Shown here in pieces: positions 46,845-59,877 of a stretch of 64,000 nt of DNA. Numbering within the stretch: the stretch's first letter is position 1; each line of letters opens with the position of its first letter. The translations under genes and the position numbers were made by a program. Source of the stretch: Raillietiella orientalis (Eukaryota); assembly GCA_036172245.1 (NCBI GenBank), contig JAYWIR010000016.1, forward strand, positions 1,116,001-1,180,000, given 5' to 3'. The notes beneath the pieces were generated by a model. It did no database searches and was not told the DNA's origin. It worked only from the letters and a program-made list of their open reading frames with translations.

Positions 46845-49462
46845 GAGAGCCTTTCTTCCCCGCGTTCCTGGAAGAAGCGGCAGCGAAGCACAAGGAAAGC
46901 CAGCAGCAGCAGACTTTGGACAAAGCAGAGGCGTTCCTTTCCGACCTCGTCGACGTCCGGAAAGCAGCGGGAAAGCAGGTACGGTGCCAGCTGGATTTCC
47001 CGGTACAGACTCCGTCTCCCCCCCCCGTCTCTCCGGATGCCTCGAAGGGCTCTCCTCGACGGCGGTCGAGTTGCTCTTCTCGGGGTCAAGGGGACATCCT
47101 GACCAGCCCCTACGAAAGCGCCAAAATTTTTTTTCTTCTTTCCTCTCGCGTCAAGGATGACGACGAAGACGAGGGAGCAGCTTCCCGGCGGAGGCGGTGG
47201 AAGGACGTCCGTGTGGAGCAGATAGACGATTGCTTCGTCTCCCACTCCGTCTTCGAGGAGATGGTCAGGTTGACGAAGCTCTTCCAAGAAGACCGCGTCC
47301 TGGACGAAAGCTTCCGGGACGGGAACCTGAGCGTGAGTACCTCGGCGACCCACCCCCACAGACAGAGGCGGCGCCTAGCGGTGGTGCTCGGGTTGGCACT
47401 GAAGAACTCATGTGCCGTGCCCACATCGCAAGCGGAACTACAAGAGCGGAATGCTGACTGGCGCGCGCGGGGGCTGCTGCCGCCCTGGCGACGTCCAAAC
47501 AACTCGCACGGCTGCCCAGCTGGCAGCGGCGCGCATTTCTGCTGCACACGCGCTCATGACAAGGCAGGGGTAGGACAGGGCAGGAAAGGGGAAAAGAAAT
47601 TTCCTGCCGCCGCCGTTCTGCTGACCGGGATCGCTCGCCAGCTCCCGGAGCGTCTGGTGCCATCCCCGTCCGCGCGCTGGTAACAAGCGGGCGAAGAAGG
47701 CCACCCAGCACAAACGGGGCCTTTTGCTGGAGCAGGCCGGGATCTTGGCAGAGATGGCGCTTTTCCGTACTCGTAGAAGCAGACGAGAGACATCCTGGCC
47801 GAACACCTGGACGAGACGGAAACCATCCCCCTCTGGAAGTTCCTCCTGATCCCCAGAGTCACAGTCCTAATCCTGCGCGGGGCCAGACGCTTCCAGATCA
47901 TGGTGAGTGACGTTAGCCGTGTTTGCAGCCTTCCCCCTCCTTCCCCACCGGGGGACCGCGTAGCACCCTTCCCACGGCTTTCCTCGTTCCTGCCCTGTTC
48001 TGCTTTTCCAGAGCGTGTGCAAGGTCGCCAGTGCGGTCAGAGAAGGAGTCGCTGAGGATGCTCTGCTCCCAAGGCTACCAAGCGATAGCATGTTCTCCTC
48101 CTGCTTCCTGTTGGTGGAGTACCTCTGCAGCATCGAAGGCGTCTCCCAGTGCATCCCCCAGGGAACTATCGAGGTCCTGAAGTCGTACGCCGAGGCACGG
48201 GCCGCCCAAGGGCACAAACGCTGAGCTCAGGGTGCGTGCTCCCCCGCCGCACGCGATGCTTCGGAGAGCAGGGAACGGGGAGGGTAGGGGAGGGGATCCA
48301 GGCATTCTGGATGAAAACGTCCCCTGGCGGACATTCGGCGCTTGCATCGTTCGTCTCTTGGCGACGACCAAACAGACTTTGGAAACGAAGCGGAATAAAA
48401 CGTTTGCACGGAAGTGAGGGCTGTGAGCCGCAGCATCCACGCACGCGTGTGGCAGCAGCAGAGCTATCCGTGGCCTGAATATAGGTTGATTGGACACCCA
48501 GGTTGCCTCCGAAGGACCACGCAGAGCGCGATCTGGTTCGCGCCCACGGAGAAAAAGGGGGAGGAGCGATGCGTTCCGAACAGCATCCAACCGCGAAACA
48601 CCACGTGGGCGTGGTGCTGCTTCTGGATCCGTGGTCAGCAAAGATGAACGCACAGAGATACAGCTGACCGCTTCAGTCTTTTCGTTCTTGCAGCCGGAAG
48701 AACGGTGCGAGCTCCGAAGAGACAGTTCTTGCCCCCTCGCAAAGACTCTAATCCGGACGTTCAAGGGTTCCTCCGTTTCCTTTTGCTCTTTGCAAAATTG
48801 CAGCTCCTCCCTTCGCTCTTCTCTGCTGGTTGCGCTCGCCTCTTGTCCGCAAATTCTTCTTGCAGAGACCTCTTCCCACCCGTCCTGTTAAGGGGTGCAG
48901 CAGAGAGAGAGAGAGCAGCAGCAGCGACCCAGCCGCCCTTCGGATAGCGCTGCGGCTTTTCTTGTTGCAGGACCATCGATCCTTCATTTTTCTCCTCGGA
49001 TCCGTCCTCGGATGCGGCCTGTAAAATGCTGGCCGGTCTTTCCTGACTAAGGTGGTGACTTCCTTTGGGGGAGCTCGGAGAATCCGCCGCCATGGTCTAC
49101 AGCACTTCCTCTTCTTCGACGAGTGAAGGTGCGACGCGATCTTTTTTGCTACGTCCCCTTCGAGGTCCCGTTGTCGAAGCCTTCAGAGTCCTGCCTTATG
49201 TCCCAGGAATTCTTGGCCATCTTTCCCGTGAGCGACGAAGATCGACAACTCCTTGTTCGCCATGCAGGAGCTAATCGCTGTGCCGGCAGGGAGCGCCCAG
49301 CTTTTCGTCACCCGGGTGCGCCGGGGCGTTTATTACAAAACTATCCAGGAACAGTGTTCCCGGACAAAGGACACAGAAAAACGAAGGGAGGGATCCCCGA
49401 CACGCAGGTCGGTATACCGAAAGTCCGGAACGAGAGGGAGGGGACCACAAATACACTTATAA
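46845..49462 (+). pseudogene. Cyclic-nucleotide-binding-domain gene (CNBD2-like), possibly frameshifted
   Basis: Spliceable exons at about 46845-46978, 47156-47333, 47777-47902 and from 48012 (FQIM|SVCKV, cf. CNBD2 IIMIRVCKM). The 3' part reads RVLPYVPGILGHLSRERRRSTT, then LFAMQELIAVP in another frame (cf. FGELAL...RRTATVVAMEETELLVV). Stop at 49460-49462 followed by AATAAA. Confidence 0.4.
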
Positions 49463-49527
49463 AAAAATAAAAATAAAGATATGGGAGGGTAGGGGACAGG
49501 GATCTTTGGTACGGCCATTCCTTTCTT

Positions 49528-50800
49528 TCAGAACCGGCGATGGATGCCGGCGATCTCTCTCCTAACGCCCTCTGGAAGATGTGTCCACTCGACTGCCGAC
49601 GTCATGTTCTCGTCCGCTACTCCGGTGGCCTGTCGACGAATCGCCTGCGTCTCCAGCTCTCGGTGGGCCTTGTCGATGGCGCGAATGCAACACACGGTTG
49701 CAACAACAGCACCTAAGGACAGGCCGTCTGGCGTGAAGAAGGGGCGCATCAAATCCCTTGCGGTGTCCCCCTGGAGCAGGAGAGCTGAGGCCAGCGTCCG
49801 CCACAGTCCTAGTAGGGCACCGCAGTCCAGGAGCAGGTGCAAGAGCGTTTCCACTTCCCCGCACCGCTTACAGTTCGGGGAGACAACTCCCCCGGAAACA
49901 CGGTTCGTCCGCTGGTTGGAGTGAAAACCCCAATGCACCAGCATGATGACGTCAGCTTTCGAGTGCCCAGCTTTCATGATGGACGTTGGCCTGGGTGATG
50001 GCAGCGGGGAGCACGCACAACACGTCAGCATCCAAGATCACCGGGCCCGTGCTCCCTTCTTTAGGACGTTTTCCACTCCTCAGCTAAAGCAGATGCGTCT
50101 CGGTCCAGCTCGGTCTTTCGCAGTGACTCGTCAAAGTTCCCCGGCCTGCGTGGTGGCCCTCGGGAGCGTTGTGGTTCCCGTCGCCGAGACACGCATGCCA
50201 GCGGGCATCATTCTGGACAAGGGAGGTGGATGTGAATCTCGGGTTTCCTTTTTCCTTTGACTGGTCAAGCAAGCTGCAGGAGGCAACTAACTGAGACGGT
50301 AGGAGTTCTCTCGAAGCGCTTGCTCCCCCCTTGCTCCCCCACATCTTGGAACGCCCGGCACGCTGCTTTCCCCGCGAGAAGAATCCACGCCATCGCACGG
50401 TCTCGTAGCGGCAGCGCCGACTTTCCAAGGAATTCCTCGGTTACTTCCCCAGGAGCCATGAGATCTGCCCGAGGATCCCGGACGCCACCATCTCTTTGAG
50501 GACTTTTTGCCCTGTAGTGCTCTTGCCCAGGCGGACGGCGGCTCCCGCCGCGCATCGAACCGCGCGCTTCAAGAGCACACCGCGAGGTGCCATCAAGAGA
50601 CGACTTTTTTTTCGGAATAAAAAAAAACTCTGAGCAGAGCTTCCCGGTGACGAACCTTCCATTTCCCCCATCCCATCTTTTTCCTAGGACTCTCTACCAC
50701 TGGTGCGTCCCATCTCTGTGACACGCACGGCCATGTCATCTGGGCAGCAGCACATCTATAGGTGCCTTCGCCAAACTGTGCGCGCATCTCTGAGTGCTGG
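49528..50800 (-). mobile_element. 5'-truncated, decayed L1/Tx1-like non-LTR retrotransposon ORF2
   Basis: zf-RVT motif SPNCKRCGEVETLLHLLLDC..LLGLW; upstream RAKSPQRDGG (cf. LPKEEGGLG) and WGKWKVRHREALLRVFF (cf. WSLxGRxxLI); frameshifted. Confidence 0.7.
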
Positions 50801-53800
50801 ATTCATCTCCCGACCTCAGCAGGGTGTCCGCCACTTTCGCCGCGGCCTCGGGAGAAGTATGGATTCCCTCTCCGGGTTGAGGCTCAGCTTGAAGCGGTGT
50901 CCTTGGCCTCGCTGCAGTCCACGCTGTGCCACCAGTCACGGGTCGACTTTCGCTGGCTGAAGGGCGCCCCGTTCCGTGGGAACGGGGAGCCCTTCGCACA
51001 CGGAAACGGAGAAGAGATCGCGGATTCCGGGAAAGTCCGCGGGGATCATGAAGAGCGGGTGCTCGCGGCAGGTTCCCAGCAGCTCCCAAAAGAGGCAGTC
51101 ATCGACGTTGACCAATCAGGAGGGACGTGTCTTCGTCTGCGCGCCTAAAATGCTGCGCAAAACCTGCACCTCCTTCCTCCCATCCTCGTGTGGACGGGAG
51201 GGCATCATTCTTCTCGGGCTACAATCCACGTAGGGACACGATGTCCTCCAGGATACCATTTCGGAGGGCACTTTGGAGGGGATCAAGCAAACACACACAA
51301 AAAACTTTCTCCCCCCTGGACCCTCTGCTATTCCTGGAAACCTCCTTGGAACACCCCGCGCTGCTTGCCGATGCAGTCAGCGGCTCCCCTGAAGAACCCG
51401 TGGTGCTGCTGCGGGTGGTTCCCTCATCCTCTACGTATCTTCTATCAGCTCCCTCCTCTGCCGGGAGAGCGCTAGCAGCAGCAGCAGCAGCAGAGCCTCT
51501 TGGGAGGAGTCCCTGGCACAAGCACGACGGACGCAACCTCCTCGTCTCTTCAGCGAGAGGAGGTGCTTCTGCCGGCGGGACGAAGGACAGGCCCTGCGGC
51601 GACGCCCTCTCTGTCCGTGAGGTATGCAAACGTCTGGGGCCTCCGGATCCGCCCTCCTCGGACGGCTTGTCCTGCGTCCACTCGGTCCGCCGGCGCGCCT
51701 CCTCCACTTCCGCCTCCAGCGCGGATGGGTCTCGAGCGGGAACCATGGACCCGCGCGCTGGAAGCCCTGGGGGGAATCCCCTGAGTACGAAGGTCAAAAT
51801 CTTCCGGCTACTCCTCTGGCGCTCTTCCCCCCCAGAGTGCGCTAGGGCTGGGCACACGCATGGAGCGGTGCTGAGGCCGTCGTCAGCCAGAGCAGGGAGG
51901 AGCTCGCAGTTCCTTCCACCCCATCCCTCACACCGGAAGGGCAGGATCGGGAACCGTGGGGCTGTCTGGCGCTTCGTGTGCACCGGGCAGGGCAAGCGGG
52001 ACGCAACGCGTAAAGCCGGGTCATTCGGGGTCGCGACTTAGGGAGCGGACCATCCTGCCATGGGGCATGGAGGCTGCTGCTGCTGCAGGAGCGCCGGCAC
52101 CCCCTCGCCCTCCCGTGAACCCCGCCGCGCCATGGCCAGTGATTGCGTGATCGGTATCTTCCCTGGAGCGGAGGCCGCCTGATCTCGGTGCTGAGAGACC
52201 TTGATCCTCGACCATGCGACGGCCGAACCCGGAGGCGGTCGGTCAGGTGTGTCCGCGTTTTTTTTTCGCAGAGGAGGCACCGCCCCTCGGAAGGGAGGGG
52301 CAGAGGAAGGCGGCGGCTTCTTCCCTCCCGGGGCATGGATGGCGTCCTGTGGGATTCCTCTTGCGTCTTCTTTAGAGGCACGCGCCTTGCAGCACCAGCT
52401 CCTTCGTCTCTTCCAGGTGGCGCAGATAGCGTTCCGTGAGGACGCACCGGTGAGCCTCGAACGAGGAAAAGTGAATCTCTGAGTGGAGGCGGATCTGGAA
52501 GGGAACATCATGTCAGCTTCCGGGGGGATGCTGGGGTTGGGAGACCTGCCCCGCTCTCCAAGAACCCTCTTTGCGCTGGGGCGGGGCGGGACCTCCTCTC
52601 CGGGGCAAACCCTCGCTTCGCGAGCGGGCCTCGCGCAGCGGCGACGGGTACGAGCAAAGGACTCATGTGGGTGACTGCCCTAGTTCCAGGGAGGCATTTT
52701 CGACGCGCACAGGGGGAAGGGCGGAGGAGGAGAGCGAGGGGTCCTCCTCGAGCGAGGGGACCCCGAGGACCATTCTCTTCGTCCCCCCCACTACCCACCT
52801 TCTCCCTAGAACGCTCCCGTTCATCCCTGGGAGTGCAAACCACGCTCCCTGCTTGTAGAGACCCGCCCGGGGAGAGAGGGTAAGGGAGGAGAGGGGGCTG
52901 CTGCGAGAAGGGCGTGCACGCCAAGGAAACGATGGAGGGAATGGGTCGAACGGGCTCTGCGGACGGAGAGTGCGTCTGTCCACGGACGCCTAGCGGCGCC
53001 CCTGATGAACCCGCCATTCACCGGTCCGGCTGGTCTGCTGCTGCCGAACCTGGATGGGTTCCAAGGAAATGGTCCCCGGGCTGGGGAGGGGAAACAGGGA
53101 GCACGGGGAGCCTCACAGGTTCTCCAAAGAACCGGTCTCAAAAGACTGTCTGCCGAAGAAGGGTGCCCCAGGGACGGGCTGGTGATTCCGACTTCGCTTC
53201 CCCCTGCCCCCTCGAAGTGTCGGCGGTGACGCAGGGGGAAGGGAGGGCGCGCCCACCTGAAGTCCCTCTGGAGCGACGGCTCCGCTCCCGAAATCTGTGG
53301 AGCGATCTGCCCGACTGACGGAGTTTCCGGTAGAGATCTTCAGAAGGGGTCTAGAGGTTCGCCCAAAAACAGGCAAGGGGGAGGAGAAAGGGGGAGGAGG
53401 AGGAAGGGAGGAGGGGGAGGTCTTCCGAGGATTCCCCTCCGGCGACCGATCTCGGACGTGCGGCCCCTTGGGCGGACGTCGCGCTCCAGAGGAACAGCAA
53501 GGGGCTCCTCCGCCCGAGGGCTGCTCCCAGCATCCGGGGGTGGAGGCGCTCCTATCCTGCTCAAGGAGACGGTGAGCAGAGGAGGGGGGCCGCCGGTTTT
53601 ACTCCCTGCTGAGGTCCATCATCCCTCCGCTTCGTCTCTTCTGACCCGCCCTGCCAGCCGGTTCTGCCGCCCGCGTCCCTTTGCCCCTCTGGGACTCCTC
53701 CCACGTCCTTAGGATCTCTGCTCGGCACTCCTCAAACCCCCGGGCGGCCTTCCCTTCCTTGCTCCCAGCATCGGGTGAGGCAGACTGGGGACCGGAGGAC

Positions 53801-56069
53801 GGGTGGGTGCAGGGAAGGTGAGTGGCCACCGGTAGGCGACGACGGAACGGCGCTTCCGCAGGCGCCTTTCGGGCGCCGGCGAGAAGGGTGGGGTGCGATG
53901 GTCTCTGCTCCGAGTTCTTCTTCCTCCTGGGCATGACATACGCACACCTTCCCACCGCCACCCTCGCCCGTGGGGACAGTTTGCGGGTTTCGCTGACTCT
54001 TCAGCTGCCCACTGCCCTCCGACCTCTCTGTTGCTTCTCTCCACGATACGACTCGGGGGTTGTCCCCTGTGCTGTTCATTCGTCCCCTCCTCCCCCCTTC
54101 CGACGATAGCACTTGACCTCGAGGTCACCCACGCGGAAGAATCCCTCCTTCCTCTCAGAGTCGGGAGCGCGTCGTAGAGAGGGAGGGGGTGCGACCCCGG
54201 CGAGAAGCGTGGAAGAAGTGGGCGGGGCCGTTCTGGCCGCGGCAGTCACCTGGATCGGGCGGGTCGGGGACTTCACCTTGGGAACCAGGAACTCGAAGAA
54301 CAAGGACGATGTCCTCGGCGGCACCGGCGCTGTCTTCTCCGGGTGGCTCCACTCGACCTGGGAAAAGACGTGGAGAGAGCGCTCCGGGAAGCGAGGCGGC
54401 AGAGCTCGGAGGCGCGCCGTGGGCGCCCACGTATCTCCACGCTCCTCCCTTCCCCCTCTTCGCCTCCGGGGATTCTTCGTCCTGCGGATTTCCCCGCAGG
54501 CGTTCGAAAGTCCGGCTGACCCTCCAGAACGGGTGGCCGGAGGAATCGACGCAGTGACCTCCTTCGCCCTTGGTTATCCCGGGTTTCTAAGAGACCGCGT
54601 CTTTCCTGCCTCCCGTCGTCACCCCGTTTCTCCTCCTCCTCCTCCGTGCACGCCGTCACCGATTCTGTTTGAGCAATTTCGCGATCAGGAGGCCCCAGCC
54701 GCGCCACGCCCCCGGCTCAGAGTCCAGCTGCTGATCGAGCGTCTGGACCCAGGAAGCTGCAGCATCCGGAGTCGCTGTGGCCTCCCGGGATGAATGGACG
54801 CAAACCCCTTGTCTTCGATGGGTGATGGCGCCCACCTCGTGTATTTCCGAGGTGATCTCGTTCCGTGGGGGGGGGGGGGGGGGGGAGTCGACTAGGAATT
54901 CTCGCTGCGGCGCGCCCGCTCGCCATCTCCGGAAACTCGGGAGCTCTCGGCCGAGCTGTTACTTGGCAGCACACGCATCCCTACCCGACCCCCTTCCAGC
55001 CTCCCTGATGGCATCGCTTGCCTGCAGTCTAGGGCGGGTCGGTGGCTTGCCGGGGGCGGAGACAGGGAGTCCACCCCTTTCATAGAGAAAAAAACGGGAC
55101 CGTTCGTCCTCCCCTCCAGGGCGGGAGTGAACTCTTCTTCCCCCCGTCCGCTGTCGCCTCGGCTGGGTGGAGGAGAGGAGCGCGCGGCCGCTGCTGTCAC
55201 TTCTCTCGAAGGCCCCACTACCCGAGGCGGCGCTCTTCCCGGCTTGCCGGCAAAAGGCCGCGCGCGCCTCCATCCAGAGTTCGCACGTTCGCACGGCTGC
55301 CGTTCTCGCGGCGCATCCGCGGCTTGGGAATGAGGCGAGGGTCTCAGCGGACCCCGAAATTCCGCAGTCGCCTCCGCACGCACCCGCCGCTGCGGCCGGT
55401 GGTCGAGGAAGCAGTGGCAGGGTGACAGTCTGCCGTAGGCAAAACAACGGTGAGCAGGCGGCCGCCATTTTCCGCCGGTTGCAGGGATGCCACGTCCCAG
55501 CGCCCGTCCGCTTTGCCCGAGCGCGTTCTGTCAGCCGGTCCGTCGGGCTCCCTCCCACAAGCAGCCTCAGCGCGCGAAGGGAAGGGTGCGGGCGGGCGTC
55601 TTGCGCGAGGGCGGAAGAGCGAGGGAACCGTGCAGGTGGTGGTGGATGCCGCCACGAAGAAGAGCCCAGAGAGAGAGGGGGAGGATGCCATACGACTGGA
55701 AGCCTCCCTCCTGAATGGTAGCGGGAGCTGCCCGCGTCGGGTGACCTCTTGACTTCCTCTGCGCGGGCGGCAGGTGTCCCCCGAGAAGGGGGGAAAGAAA
55801 CGTGCCCTTCCGGCGCCCGGAGGACGGCGACGCGACTCGGGGCTCCACTGCAAGGCGACCAAGAGGAGCAGCCGGCTCTCCGTGGGTGCTGACGGAACAA
55901 ACGGTTTCCATGGAGCCTCCACGATTCCTTCTTCCGCAGCTCGTTGGCTCGAGTCTCCCCCCCTCTGTGGCTCCGCACCCGGGTGCCAGCAGACCGTCCC
56001 ATCTGCGTTTGCTCGGTATTGCGACATTGCCTGCTGATTGCCACGTCCATCTCCTGAGAATTCCAACTT

Positions 56070-57230
56070 CCGGCGGACGCCGCCCTTCAAAATCCCAAAC
56101 GCCGAAATCCCGAACGATCAAAACCCCGAAAGTTCATGAAAAAGAATAAACACACATATATATGCATATTACATGGATATATATATAGATATATATAAAT
56201 ATGGAATCATAAATATATACATTTGTCAAAATTCCGAAAATAGAATTCGTCATTTGCTCACTTCCTGAGGAAATTCCGTTTGCTGATTGTTGGAAATGCA
56301 GGGGCAGGAAATACCAAATTTCTTTTTTGCTTTGTTTGCCTTTTTATTTTTCCCCACTGTTTTGGATTGCCATCGTTATTTTTAATTTTATACAATTCGG
56401 TATTCATTTCATACATCAGTATTTAGTATGTATATAAATACATATATTAATATATACGCTAAACATGTATATTCCGATAATCCTTAATATATATAATAAT
56501 ATACTGATTTAATATTGTTAATGTAATTAATAATCTGCATCAATATATATTCAATATATCGATGTGTATGCTAATAATTTAGTATGTTGATATAAATTTA
56601 TATTCATCTGTATATAATTATATATGTTGATATACATAATAAACACACGTATGTTTATATATAGATTCATACACATCTATTCTAACGTGCATATTTATCA
56701 CTATTTATTAAGATGCGTGTTATTAATAGAAGAAAATTTTTATATTTATTAACATACACATTAATATATTAAATATATATCGATGCAGATTATTAATTAC
56801 ATTAACAATATTAAATCAGTATATTTATATATATATCAAGGATTATCGGAATATACATGTTTAGCGTATATATTAATATATGTATTTATATACATACTAA
56901 ATACTGATGTATGAAATGAATATCGAGTCGTGAAAAATTAAAAATAACGGTGGCATGGAATTTTTGTTTTCTTAATAGCACGTATCTTAATAAATAATGA
57001 TAAATATGCACGCAAAAATAAATTCGTATGAATCTATATATAAACATACGTGTGTTTATTATGTAAATGAACATATATAATTATATACAGATTGATATAA
57101 ATTTATATCAACATGCTAAATCATTAATATCCATGAACATATAAAAAATATATGTATTAATATGCAAATGTGTTTATTTTTTATGATGTTTCGAGGTTTT
57201 GATCGTACGGGATTTCGAACCGTCTGACGG
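56070..57230. mobile_element. AT-rich non-autonomous foldback/MITE-like element with MULE-like TIRs
   Basis: Left cgaaatcccgaacgatcaaaaccccgaaagttcatgaaaaagaataaaca (about 56103-56152) is the imperfect inverse of tgtttattttttatgatgtttcgaggttttgatcgtacgggatttcg (about 57171-57217). The interior is very AT-rich with long inverted repeats and sits in GC-rich flanks. No clean TSD seen. Confidence 0.75.
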
Positions 57231-58006
57231 ATTCCTCAACGAAGCTTCCATAGAAACGCTCACTCCTACTGAAACCTTCCCAGCAGATCCCTGTTGCACA
57301 AGGGCTGGTCTGCGATGGGTGCTCAGGAGTATGGGGGGGGTGTTCCTTGTCGACATGGCGGCTTTGGGTCGGATGGGTCCGATTCGAACCAGCAGCTTCT
57401 CGTTCGGAGCCAGTTCTTGTGTCGAGTGGGCTGGGCGGGACGGCGTCTCTATCGGTCCAAAGCTCCGAGGTCTTCTTCTGGCTACTCTGCGCTCCGTCGT
57501 TCGTCCTATGCTTTTGCTCTACGGTGACGGATGCTGGGCCAAATCTTCAACTTGCTGGTCCGGTTCGAGCGCGCTGTTGGAGTTTCTAGCTCTTGCGGGG
57601 AGTCGGCGTGAAGAGGAAGTTTGCATCAAGGGTTGGTGATCTTCAGGACTGTCGCGCAGAAATTCGCGGGACCAGGGAAGAAGAAGTGCGCCGGGGCTGC
57701 ACAGAAGCTCCAGCCGTTGCCTCACTTCAAGGGGTTGCGCCATACTCTGCCCGGCTCAACGTCCTCTCGGGTCAGGGGGATAGCGTACCTCGAACTAGGT
57801 CGTAGCTGCAGATGATGTCAAATCTGGGATGAGGCTCTGCCTCACATGTGCAACACTGCTGTTTCCGGCACGCTCTCCTGTGTACTCAGGCATACGACGC
57901 CCCAGATTGGGTGCGGCAACCGAAGAAAGCTGGGAAGAGCAACGGATTCATCTCTGGAGTAGAATCGCCTCCGGACGAATCCGGTGCTAGGCGAGCGGAG
58001 AAGATT

Positions 58007-58217
58007 TCGCCATCGTGGACGTCGCCTGCTCATCCGAGAGCGTCCTGACGCTTCCAAAAGTGCTCGAGGAAGAGAGGAGACCACACGCAAAGAGACCTTT
58101 CGCCTCTTCTTGTCAACGAAGGACGCTCAGGTGACCTACTAGTCGACTTCCTCGGGTCTTCGGATCCCCAAAACGAAGAGGTCACGAGTGAGCTTCACCT
58201 CTACGAAATGAGGCACC
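58007..58217 (+). repeat. 211-bp segment, inverted copy of 60773-60983
   Basis: Reverse-complement match over 211 bp with 4 substitutions counted by eye. Confidence 0.95.
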
Positions 58218-59202
58218 TCATGGTTTCTCCGAACAGTCAGCACGACTCCTCGATACACAATGAACCCATGGTTGGGGGCATCCTCCCAGTGCAAGAACCT
58301 CTCGGAACATCGAGGCCCAAGAAGAACTGGCACCAACAGATACGCGGACGTGGGCGGAAAGGGAGCTTTGGGAAACGATTCCTCAACCTCATGAGGACAC
58401 AACAGAAAGATGGACAAGACATGAGGATGGTGAAGATGGCAAAGACCTCATCTCCTTTATTCTATGCAATCCCACCCGATAAGGAGAGCGTTCTCGAAAT
58501 TCCCAGCTCTCGGAAAACGTCGTCGTTCTTGGGAACCTAACGACCGGTCGGCGGTCGCGCAAACCGACCCACGGGTCCCTGAGAGAGGGTGGAAGAGCAT
58601 GTGGTTTTGAAGTGTTTCCTCTTTCAGGCACTCCAGCTCGAATGGACTTCCGAGTGCTGCGTCCAGCAGCACCCGAACTACCGAAATCTCATCCACGTCG
58701 CTGCACGTGTCCAACCTTGGCCCACCAGTGCTGGAGGCAGTGACTACAGAACCTGCACACCAACAACTGCGCGGCACGAGAGGAAGACATCCATCCACCA
58801 CCCGATGAACTGACTCGCCATCCCCTATTGTGGACCATCAATCGAAGCTCGGCTTAGAATCGGAAAATTGGATGTTGGGTGGATGGACTCCCACAGCCGC
58901 CGACAGCGCAACTTTTCATTCCGCACTTGCAGAGTCACGAAGATTTTCGGAGGGAGGACACGTGGCCTGCACACCGGTACAGTACAGACGTACGCATTTG
59001 GACACGTTTGAGTCCGAGCCAGAGGAGGAAAGGAGGGAGGACTTCGCTCCCGCCGTCTTCTCCGGAAGAGAGAAAAAAAAAAAAAAAAACTCTGCACCTC
59101 ACGCAACTTCGCTTCCCCCTCTTTTTGGGGAAAACTTTTCGCCGTTTCGTTTCCATCATTCGACTACAATCTGCATCGAGAACCATCAAAAAGATACTCC
59201 AC

Positions 59203-59877
59203 CTTGAACACATTTCCAACCGCAGATTGGTACTCTTGGATGTGGAAGACAGACACGTGGTATTTCCACTCCGTTGGGAAATCCCACGAGGACACAAATT
59301 CCAGGATTTTGTCGAAAGCCAGCGAAATGGAAAATTCCTGCCCTTCTGGCCAGGCAATGTCCTTCTTTTCGGCCTCCAAGAGCACGGAACTGTGAACATC
59401 CCCGACCACCCTTGCGGGCGTTGGCGTTTCGAAGGAGATGAAAACTTCCTCAAAATCGCTTTCTCCTTTCGAGGATGGCAACGGACTCTTTGCGGAAACG
59501 ATGCTCCCGCGTTCTGCCCGGTCCATGCTCTCCGTGATCAGCTGGTGCAGAACGCACACAATGGCTTCCTTCGGTGCCGGCTCTGCCGACCGACTTGGGG
59601 GTCCGAGAGCGGGGAGAGCGCCTTCCTCGTGATCGGCAAAGAGGAACGTTCCGACCACGTTCCTCTTCCGGCAAAAGAAGCTCCTGGCGTCTCCTCGCCT
59701 TATCGTACATCTCCTGTTTGATCGCATGAACTCTTTGAAGCTCTCCCTGTGCACGCGCTCCAGGCTCGACAGCGCCTCTTCCAGCACCGTGGCTAGCAGG
59801 ACCCGAGCCACGGAGTCGACCACTTCGGCTTCCTCTGCGGTGGCGACGAGGGGGATGGGCTCCGACAGGCACTCCAT
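59203..59877 (-). CDS. AKAP14: A-kinase anchoring protein 14/AKAP28-like, N-terminal part; remaining exons unresolved
   Basis: VVDSVARVLLATVLEEALSSLE (cf. [22 protein letters not shown], RII-binding helix) and KDIAWPEGQEFSISLAFDKILEFVSSWDFPTEWKYHV (cf. NIKWMTxxEFTVEKGxKQIEEYISTWEFxxSWLH). GT donor after VFK at 59202. Confidence 0.65.

Noticed and set aside
37000..56000. Many long overlapping ORFs (200-400 aa) on both strands
   Set aside because: Expected from stop-codon scarcity at high GC; they are Arg/Pro/Ser/Gly-rich with no family signal outside the exons called.
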